Part shown: piece after piece, positions 57,601-64,000 of the stretch
How positions within the stretch are numbered: position 1 is the stretch's first letter
Layout: each line of letters begins with the position of its first letter
Assembly (NCBI GenBank): GCA_040387715.1
Contig: JAZKDF010000001.1
Location: 326,420-390,419 of the forward strand
Direction of reading: 5' to 3'
Source of the DNA: Pseudomonadota bacterium
GTDB taxonomy: Bacteria; Pseudomonadota; Gammaproteobacteria; Burkholderiales; Burkholderiaceae
Length of the DNA stretch: 64,000 nucleotides
Notes under the pieces: generated by a model
Seen by the model: only the letters and a program-made list of their open reading frames with translations
Told to the model about the DNA's origin: nothing
Database searches by the model: none
Position numbers and translations under genes: made by a program

Positions 57601-57775
57601 TAGGCACAAAGACGGCAACAGGCATAGCTTGATAGATGGATGCATCCGTTGCATAACGTCCCCGACTAGCCATGTCCGTCATGACTTCGCCAGAAGTTTC
57701 TTGTCTCAGGCGTTTGGCTAACTCTGCCTTATTGGCAACGAATTCGGGTAATGGCAAATCCAGTGGCTTGTTCAT
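54683..57775 (-). CDS. FAD-binding/4Fe-4S oxidoreductase (GlcD-GlcF/YdiJ-like fusion)
   Basis: RGGGTSQCG, AHASVGTLH, GEHGDG, CVSCKACRREC and CCG domains. Confidence 0.92.
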   Translation of the reverse strand: MNKPLDLPLPEFVANKAELAKRLRQETSGEVMTDMASRGRYATDASIYQAMPVAVFVPKTAEDIATAIQIAADLDVPVLPRGGGTSQCGQTTGTALVIDNTKYFRKLLHADPAKATAIVEPGIVLDHLNAALKPHGLWYPVDVSTAGQATIGGMAGNNSCGSRSIAYGNMVHNVLGIDAWLANGQMASFGNYANSSGAAKQLGDFVKGLANTLQPEIEAHFPKVLRRVAGYNLDVFHPQSERPYTQDGSVNLAHLLVGSEGTLAYFKSLELKLAPLPQHKVLGVVNFASFFKAMDSAQHIVKLGPTAVELVDRTMIDLARHNPSFKKTIETALIDAGAQTPEAILLVEFSGEAHAPLLEKLKSLQSLMGDLGLPGSVVVMPDAGLQKNLWEVRKAGLNIMMSLKGDGKPVSFIEDCAVPLESLAEYTQALTDVFSKYGSRGTWYAHASVGTLHVRPILDMRRDGAQKMRAVAEEASALVRKYKGAYSGEHGDGLCRGEWISWQFGPKITEALREIKQAFDPKGLFNPGKIIDPPKMDDVSNFRYPPSYKVIPLKPALDWSAWNVQNNPVTEETSAPGTGGDPAMGLAKAVEMCNNNGHCRKFDAEVMCPSYRVTRDEKHLTRGRANTLRLALSNQLDIQDESSPLGSDAIQEVMELCVSCKACRRECPTGVDMAKMKIEFLSAYKKRVGHTMRDLAVAYLPKYAPIISSIPGLPALLNLRNHIAPIAKLQEWLMGISAQRSLPIWKATTFWSNQHAIAPYQFTPAELSKPDINGNKGVVLLADTFNAYFEDENLQAALAVLKAAGYRVHIPQKGLDKPSADSSTTKNTCSKEFCCGRTYLAAGMVDKAKASLDELVNHLAPFAEKDIPIIGLEPSCLFTLKDEALVMGFGERAITVSRHVQLLEEFLASEAKSGKLKLQLKPASRPVLFHGHCHQKSFAAVTPAMELLRLIPNAEPKLIESSCCGMAGSFGYEAEHIEVSKQMAEASLLPAIRKAPDSWVVADGTSCRHQIADGTQRDAVHIAKILAAHL

Positions 57776-58455
57776 GCTGCAACCTTCTCGTGAGATTCTG
57801 TGTCTACCAATTGAATAACGACATCACGCTTATTCATGACATGCTGCATCATGACTTTACGCATACGAACGCTATCGCGCGCCTTTAATGCATCCAACAT
57901 CTCTTGATGTTCGCCGACCGCTTTTTCCCATTTGACGCCATCCTGATTAGAGCGAAAGCGCAGTGCCTCAATGCGAGCGTTGACTTGAGTAAATAGTTGA
58001 CTTAAGACTGGGTTGTTCGCTGCGTGATTAATGGCCTGATGAATCTTGAGATTGAGTCTGTAGTAACTAGAGAGGTCTCTGCGCGCATACGAAGCCATCA
58101 TTTCATATTGCAGCGCCTCTAGCTCGATGAGCGCTTGATCGCTAATATTTTGCGCCGCCAGCTCTCCAGAGTAGCCCTCTAAATTTGCAATCACATCAAA
58201 GGTATGGATGATGTCGTCTCGCGTTAATTGAACTGCGATCGCACCGCGGTTGGCAATTAACTCAACCAGTCCGTCAGCAGCCAAGCGACGAATCGCCTCC
58301 CGAATAGGGGTGCGAGAAACATTGAGTTGCTCTGCTAGTTCACGTTCATTCAGTTTGCTGCCGGGAGTGATTGCACCCTCCACCAATAAGGATCGGAGCT
58401 TTTGGAAGGTAGCTTCGTGTAGGTTTTGGGTATTTGGTGGTGCTGTGAGCATCAT
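57772..58455 (-). CDS. GntR/FCD-family regulator
   Basis: VSRTPIREAI HTH and an FCD domain. Confidence 0.92.
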   Translation of the reverse strand: MMLTAPPNTQNLHEATFQKLRSLLVEGAITPGSKLNERELAEQLNVSRTPIREAIRRLAADGLVELIANRGAIAVQLTRDDIIHTFDVIANLEGYSGELAAQNISDQALIELEALQYEMMASYARRDLSSYYRLNLKIHQAINHAANNPVLSQLFTQVNARIEALRFRSNQDGVKWEKAVGEHQEMLDALKARDSVRMRKVMMQHVMNKRDVVIQLVDTESHEKVAA

Positions 58456-58467
58456 TTGAAATGCCTT

Positions 58468-58566
58468 AAATTTGTATACATATTTACTATAACTCATCAA
58501 TAAGCCTAAATAACGCCATAAATAGCTTATTTTTTACTTATTTAATAAATATTTTGCATACAAAAT
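58468..58566. promoter_or_regulatory. Two putative GntR operators
   Basis: Near-palindromes AAATTTGTATACATATTT (58468-58485) and ATTTTGCATACAAAAT (58551-58566) in the divergent intergenic region. Confidence 0.6.
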
Positions 58567-58634
58567 TGTAAATTGCTAAAAAGTACCTTACACTGGTTTG
58601 CAAGATTAACTACAAAAACCAAGCGAGACACAGC

Positions 58635-59819
58635 ATGCTAAAACTAGATAACCACCTCTCAGGGCGTCATTTCTTACACATTCCTGGTCCCAGCCCAGTG
58701 CCTTCACGCATTCTGCGGGCCATCAGCTATCAAACGATTGATCACCGCGGCCCTGAATTCGGTGCATTTGGCCTCAAGGTTTTAGATGGCATCAAGAAGA
58801 TTTTTAAGACTGAGCAACCAGTCATTATTTATTCCGCTTCAGGAACGGGTTCTTGGGAAGGCGCTTTAGTCAACGTGCTCAATCCTGGCGACAAGGTACT
58901 CTTTTATGAAACCGGCCACTTTGCAAACTTGTGGCGTGCTTTGGCTAAAAAGATTGGTATCGAAGTTGAGGTAATTGGAAAGCCTGGTCAAGATACCTGG
59001 CGCTGGGGTATAGATGCGGCAGTCATTGAAGAGCGCTTACGTAAAGATACTCAACATGAAATTAAAGCAGTTTGCGTGGTGCATAACGAAACCTCTACTG
59101 GCATGACATCCAATATTGCTGCGGTTCGCAAGGCAATTGATGATGCGAAACATCCAGCGCTCTTGCTCGTAGATAGCGTATCTGGCTTGGGTTCGGCGGA
59201 CTATGAGCATGACAAATGGGGTGCTGATGTAACCGTCTCTGGTTCACAAAAAGGCTTGATGTTGCCTCCAGGGATTGGCTTTAATGCCTTGTCACCCAAA
59301 GCGATTGAAGCTAGCAAACATAGCAAAATTCCCAAAGCCTATTTAGCGTGGGACGAAATTTTAGAATCGAACAAAACAGGCTACTGGCCAACAACGCCAA
59401 GCACCAATCTGATGTACGGTTTGCATGAAGCAATCGACATGATGCAGACCGAGGGCTTGGACACTATTTTTGCTCGCCATCAACGTTTGGCAGAAGCTTG
59501 TCGTCGTGCGGTTGCTGCTTGGGGTCTTGAGAACCAGTGTTTGGACCCAAATGCCTATTCACCAGTATTAACAGCAATCGTGGTTCCAGAGGGGATGGAT
59601 GCGGATGTCCTGCGTAAGCATGCCCTAGAAAAGTTCAATCTTTCGCTTGGAACTGGCTTAGGCAAGCTCAAAGGCAAGATTTTCCGTATCGGCCACCTGG
59701 GCGATTGCAACGAATTGAGCCTGATGGCCGCTTTAAGTGGGGTAGAGATGAGTTTTAGCGCTATTGGCTACAAACCCAAGGCCAGTGGCGTGGTTGCGGC
59801 CCAAGAGTACCTAAAGTAA
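58635..59819 (+). CDS. Class V aminotransferase (serine/alanine-glyoxylate transaminase-like)
   Basis: HIPGPS, VHNETSTG, VDSVS and GSQKGLMLPPG (PLP lysine) motifs. Confidence 0.92.
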   Translation: MLKLDNHLSGRHFLHIPGPSPVPSRILRAISYQTIDHRGPEFGAFGLKVLDGIKKIFKTEQPVIIYSASGTGSWEGALVNVLNPGDKVLFYETGHFANLWRALAKKIGIEVEVIGKPGQDTWRWGIDAAVIEERLRKDTQHEIKAVCVVHNETSTGMTSNIAAVRKAIDDAKHPALLLVDSVSGLGSADYEHDKWGADVTVSGSQKGLMLPPGIGFNALSPKAIEASKHSKIPKAYLAWDEILESNKTGYWPTTPSTNLMYGLHEAIDMMQTEGLDTIFARHQRLAEACRRAVAAWGLENQCLDPNAYSPVLTAIVVPEGMDADVLRKHALEKFNLSLGTGLGKLKGKIFRIGHLGDCNELSLMAALSGVEMSFSAIGYKPKASGVVAAQEYLK

Positions 59820-59890
59820 GGCTTGGTCTACAGACTCAACCTATAATTAACCCTATATATCAATAGCATTAAGAGACAGAAAGATTAATC

Positions 59891-60298
59891 ATGTTGGCAA
59901 CTAAACCGTATTTAACCCAGGCTGATGTTCAAAAGATTTTGGATGCAGCAGACAAGCATGCAGCAGCAAATAACTGGGCAGTGACTATCGCCGTTTGTGA
60001 TGATGGTGGACACCTGTTGGGTTTAACTCGTCGCGATGGTTGCGCACCTGTCTCTGCTTACATTGCTCAAGAAAAAGCACGCACTGCTGCAATGGGTAAA
60101 CGCGAGAGCCGTGTGTATGAAGAAATTATTAATAACGGACGTATTTCCTTTTTATCTGCCCCGCACATTTCGGGCATGTTGGAAGGTGGCGTCAATATCG
60201 AGGTAAATGGGTTTACCATCGGCGCAGTCGGCGTTTCCGGCGTTAAATCGACTGAGGATGCCGAAACCGCAAAGGCCGGCATTGCAGCCATTCTGTAA
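59891..60298 (+). CDS. glcG: GlcG/HbpS-family heme-binding protein
   Basis: IAVCDDGG, AQEKARTAA, GG..I and IGAVGVSG motifs. Confidence 0.85.
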   Translation: MLATKPYLTQADVQKILDAADKHAAANNWAVTIAVCDDGGHLLGLTRRDGCAPVSAYIAQEKARTAAMGKRESRVYEEIINNGRISFLSAPHISGMLEGGVNIEVNGFTIGAVGVSGVKSTEDAETAKAGIAAIL

Positions 60299-60304
60299 GT
60301 TACC

Positions 60305-61723
60305 TTGACAAATACTGTTCCTGAAATAAATTCCCCTACCGGCGCTACCGAGAGTAGCGCCACCCCAGCAACAATTACCTTTGCTGACTTTGGCTTAGAT
60401 CCAAAGATTCAAAAAGCGGTATCTGAGCAGGGTTACAACACCCCAACTCCGATTCAAGCGCAATCTATTCCGCACGTTTTGGCCGGAAGTGATTTGATGG
60501 GTGCGGCCCAAACCGGTACCGGAAAGACGGCTGCCTTTGTACTGCCGATTATTCAAAAGATTCTGCGTCACGCTAGTAGCAGTGCTTCACCTGCTCGCCA
60601 TCCAATTCGTGCTTTGGTATTGACGCCAACCCGTGAGTTGGCTGTTCAGGTTGCTGAGAATGCAGCAAGCTATTCCAAGCACACTGATTTGCGTGCTGCC
60701 GTGGTTTACGGTGGTGTGGATATGAAAGAGCAAGTGGCTACATTACGTGGCGGAGTGGAAATTTTAATTGCCACCCCGGGACGCTTGCTGGATCACATTG
60801 GATCCAAAGTAGCCAATCTCTCACAAGTTGAAATTCTGGTGCTGGACGAAGCGGATCGCATGCTCGATATGGGCTTCTTGCCTGACTTGCAGCGCATCAT
60901 TGATTTGATTCCAGCCCAGCGTCAAACTCTATTGTTCTCAGCAACGTTCTCACCAGAAATTAAGAAGTTAGCGCAAAGTTATTTGCGTACACCTGTCACT
61001 GTTGAGGTGGCGCGTCAAAATGCCGCAGCGGATACCGTTAAGCAAGTAGTGCATATGGTGTCTAGTGCCGATAAGCAACAGGCGATTGTGAAAGTGCTTG
61101 AAGCGCGTACTCGTCAAGGCCTGTCTCGCCAGTGCATCATCTTTACTAATAGCCGTTTAGGTTGTGCTCGATTGGCTCGCTCATTGGAGCGCGATGGCAT
61201 CAAGGCTGGTGCGATTCATGGGGATAAGAGTCAGGGTGAGCGAACACTTACTTTGGATGCCTTTAAGTCTGGAGCGATCGAGGCTTTGGTAGCAACTGAT
61301 GTTGCGGCTCGCGGTCTTGATATCCCCTCTATGCCTTGTGTGATTAATCACGAGTTGCCATTTAATGCGGAAGATTTTATTCACCGTATTGGCCGTACAG
61401 GTCGCGCTGGTAGCAAAGGTGATGCGATTGCTTTGGTTGATGCTAGTGAAAAGCGCTTGCTCGACGATATTGAAAAGTTGATGAAGCGTAAGTTGGATAT
61501 TCAACCATTGCCTGAAGGTAGCTCACGCCCTGCGCCAAGCAGGAACTCATCGAGAGCGGATGCGCCGGCCAAAATGTCAGACCCATTTTTCTATAAGCCG
61601 TATGAGCCTAGCGCTGCCCCTAAGCCATCCTCAGAATCTGCAAATCCTGAAGAGAAAAAAGTCGGCATCACCCCTGCAAGACCAGCCGTTGGTGCTTTGC
61701 TCGGTGGCTTTAAGAAGAAATAA
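60305..61723 (+). CDS. DEAD-box RNA helicase (RhlE-like)
   Basis: AQTGTGKT, PTRELA, DEAD, SAT and HRIGRTGR motifs. Confidence 0.95.
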   Translation: MTNTVPEINSPTGATESSATPATITFADFGLDPKIQKAVSEQGYNTPTPIQAQSIPHVLAGSDLMGAAQTGTGKTAAFVLPIIQKILRHASSSASPARHPIRALVLTPTRELAVQVAENAASYSKHTDLRAAVVYGGVDMKEQVATLRGGVEILIATPGRLLDHIGSKVANLSQVEILVLDEADRMLDMGFLPDLQRIIDLIPAQRQTLLFSATFSPEIKKLAQSYLRTPVTVEVARQNAAADTVKQVVHMVSSADKQQAIVKVLEARTRQGLSRQCIIFTNSRLGCARLARSLERDGIKAGAIHGDKSQGERTLTLDAFKSGAIEALVATDVAARGLDIPSMPCVINHELPFNAEDFIHRIGRTGRAGSKGDAIALVDASEKRLLDDIEKLMKRKLDIQPLPEGSSRPAPSRNSSRADAPAKMSDPFFYKPYEPSAAPKPSSESANPEEKKVGITPARPAVGALLGGFKKK

Positions 61724-62663
61724 TTTTTCTATCCCAAGCCTGGGTGGCTGCCAAAAGCCACTCAGCAATCGAAGTTGCTTTTCCATCCGGCAGGTCTCCC
61801 AATCCTAAATGCCTTGCGGCTTTACGCAATTCTTGTAAAGCCTGCTGCGCATTCTCAGTATGAATGGCGCTCGCTAAAGTTTGCTTGCTGAGTTTTTCAC
61901 CATGCTCATCCAGTACGAGGGGTAGGTGGAGGTAGCTCGGGCTTGCATATCCCAAGACGCTCTGCAGATGAATTTGTCTTGCTGTGTTGTTGAGTAGATC
62001 CGCGCCACGCACAATATGGGTAATGCCTTGCTCGGCATCATCCACTACGACAGCAAGCTGATAGGTAAATACGCCATCTCGGCGCCGCAGCACAAAATCC
62101 CCCACCTCTCTATTGAGGTCCTGACTTTGCTTGCCAAGAATGAGGTCTTCAAACTCCAGGATAAGTTCTGGCGGGAGACTAAGCCGCCAAGCTACATCAC
62201 TAAATAACGCATTTGTTCTCTGATCTGACTGTATTGGATGGGGTCGGCAGGTGCCTGGATACACCATTTCTTGATTGCGGGGCGTGGTCACACCGCGAGC
62301 CTCTAGGAGGTTTGCGATGCTTTGCCGGGAGCAGCTGCAGGGATAGATTATTTGGAGCCCATTTAAGCGCTCTAGAGCCTTTTTATAGCGATCTTGGTGG
62401 TTAGATTGCCAGCGTGGCTCCTCGTCCCAGGAGAGGCCGCAGGCAAGCAATTGGCGCAGGATTTCTTGATCTGCCCCAGGAATACAGCGGGGAGTATCTA
62501 AATCCTCGATTCTGAGCAGCCATTTCCCATGATTTTTACGGGCATCTAACCAGCTTCCTAGGGCAGCAACGAGCGATCCCGCATGAAGCGGGCCAGTAGG
62601 CGAGGGGGCAAATCGCCCGCGATAGCCGTCAGCTGGGGATGAGGGGTTTTTAGGATTCGGCAC
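61710..62663 (-). CDS. gluQ: Glutamyl-queuosine tRNA(Asp) synthetase
   Basis: RFAPSPTGPLHAGS, YQLAVVVDD and KLSKQ motifs. Short GluRS-like protein. Confidence 0.92.
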   Translation of the reverse strand: MPNPKNPSSPADGYRGRFAPSPTGPLHAGSLVAALGSWLDARKNHGKWLLRIEDLDTPRCIPGADQEILRQLLACGLSWDEEPRWQSNHQDRYKKALERLNGLQIIYPCSCSRQSIANLLEARGVTTPRNQEMVYPGTCRPHPIQSDQRTNALFSDVAWRLSLPPELILEFEDLILGKQSQDLNREVGDFVLRRRDGVFTYQLAVVVDDAEQGITHIVRGADLLNNTARQIHLQSVLGYASPSYLHLPLVLDEHGEKLSKQTLASAIHTENAQQALQELRKAARHLGLGDLPDGKATSIAEWLLAATQAWDRKIISS

Positions 62664-62678
62664 AGCTAAAATGATCTC

Positions 62679-64000
62679 ATGGCTTCACCCCGTTTTGTTC
62701 ATCTACGCGTCCATTCCGAGTTTTCAATTACGGATGGCGTCGTTCGCATTGATGTTGCGGTGGCTGCAGCTGAAAAAGACGGCATGGGGGCCTTGGCGCT
62801 CACCGATCTCAGTAATTTATTTGGTTTAGTCCGTTTTTATACCGCCGCACGTTCCGGCGGAATTAAACCGATTGCGGGCGCGGATGTTTGGGTCAGCAAC
62901 CCCCAAGATCCTGACCAGCCCTATCGCTTATTACTCCTAGTCCAAAACCATTCTGGCTACCTCAATCTGTGTCAGTTATTAAGTAAGGCCTCCCTAGAGA
63001 ATCAATCGCGTGGTCGAGCCGAGGTGGATTTAAAGTGGTTTAGTGAGCCAGCCTCTAAGGCTGAAGATAAGGCAGCAAAAAGAACGCTTGCCTATGGATT
63101 GATTGCCCTCTCTGGTGGACGCTGGGGTGATGTTGGTGCTGCACTCTTGGCTGGCCAAGAAGATCAGGCTAAAGATGCTGCTAAGCATTGGGCAAAGATA
63201 TTTCCGAATGCCTTTTACATCGAAGTGCAGCGTGGCGGCCATCCTCAGGATGAGAAGCAGTTACAGCTTGCCTGCCATCTTGCTAGTGAATTGGATTTAC
63301 CAATCGTTGCTACACATCCTGTGCAATTTATGCAAAGGAGTGATTTCACAGCACATGAGGCCCGAGTTTGTATTGCAGAGGGTGAGCTCTTAGGTAATCC
63401 TCGACGCACCAAGAAATTTAACGAAGAGCAATACTTCCTATCTCAAGAGGAGATGGAAAAGCGCTTTGCAGATTTACCGGTTGCGCTCGCAAACTCGGTA
63501 GAGATTGCTAAGCGTTGCAACCTCTCTTTAACGCTAGGTCAGCCACGTTTACCGGACTTTCCGACACCACCGGGTATTACGCTCGACGATTATTTATTGC
63601 AGCAATCTGAGATTGGATTGAAGCGTCATATGGAGCGCAATTTTCCCGATCCGGAAGAGCGTGCCAAGGAAGAAGCTCGCTATCACGAGCGTCTCGTGTT
63701 TGAGGTGAAGACGATTGCTCAAATGGGCTTTCCAGGTTACTTCTTGATTGTTGCGGACTTCATCAACTGGGCAAAAAACAATGGCGTGCCAGTTGGACCG
63801 GGTCGTGGATCTGGCGCTGGCTCACTAGTTGCTTACTCACTAGGTATTACTGACCTAGATCCCTTGCGTTACAACTTACTCTTTGAGCGCTTCTTAAATC
63901 CTGAGCGGGTATCGATGCCCGACTTCGATATTGACTTCTGTCAGCATGGGCGCGATCGCGTTATTCAATACGTAAAAGATAAATACGGCAAAGATGCGGT
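62679..64000 (+). CDS. dnaE: DNA polymerase III alpha subunit, N-terminal part (runs off the window; absent from the ORF track)
   Basis: Manual translation: [24 protein letters not shown], and [27 protein letters not shown]...[19 protein letters not shown]. Confidence 0.97.
   Translation, partial: MASPRFVHLRVHSEFSITDGVVRIDVAVAAAEKDGMGALALTDLSNLFGLVRFYTAARSGGIKPIAGADVWVSNPQDPDQPYRLLLLVQNHSGYLNLCQLLSKASLENQSRGRAEVDLKWFSEPASKAEDKAAKRTLAYGLIALSGGRWGDVGAALLAGQEDQAKDAAKHWAKIFPNAFYIEVQRGGHPQDEKQLQLACHLASELDLPIVATHPVQFMQRSDFTAHEARVCIAEGELLGNPRRTKKFNEEQYFLSQEEMEKRFADLPVALANSVEIAKRCNLSLTLGQPRLPDFPTPPGITLDDYLLQQSEIGLKRHMERNFPDPEERAKEEARYHERLVFEVKTIAQMGFPGYFLIVADFINWAKNNGVPVGPGRGSGAGSLVAYSLGITDLDPLRYNLLFERFLNPERVSMPDFDIDFCQHGRDRVIQYVKDKYGKDA

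Noticed and set aside
1621-63393. The many short antisense or nested ORFs in the track (e.g. 2935-3417, 6029-6442, 53042-53479, 55706-56107, 63103-63393)
   Set aside because: They lie within well-supported genes on another frame or strand and have no motifs, so they are treated as shadow ORFs.
50400-64000. Novel systems in the right-hand region
   Set aside because: Gene content and order are ordinary core genome for Burkholderiales, and I saw no unexplained repeats or gaps.

Overview
The window looks like a Polynucleobacter-like betaproteobacterial chromosome (taxon inferred from gene content). The right part (50.4-64 kb) is ordinary core genome: amiC-tsaE-queG, azlCD, a glycolate/glyoxylate-type cluster, a DEAD-box helicase, gluQ and the start of dnaE. 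Left of an intact minus-strand tRNA-Lys(UUU) at 50320-50395 lies an island of at least 40 kb. It is cut into seven modules by seven same-orientation copies of the tRNA 3' half (10354, 14239, 19608, 20764, 22204, 29083, 34842), each with a terminator-like hairpin beside it. The module next to the tRNA is a 15.5-kb integrative mobilizable element (tyrosine integrase, Xis, MOB_F relaxase, split coupling protein, no T4SS). Its cargo is a type I R-M system and a NYN ribonuclease preceded by a promoter, a two-hairpin RNA and a terminator, which is the layout of a type III toxin-antitoxin system. The outer modules have no integrase. They carry a CoA-transferase catabolic cluster, a LodA/LodB quinoprotein operon with a Tat-signal partner, cspA-infA, an autotransporter with a P-type ATPase, a diguanylate cyclase, and two copies of a marR-tautomerase unit. 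The first 10 kb hold metal- and oxidative-stress genes. All alignments and match counts were done by eye.
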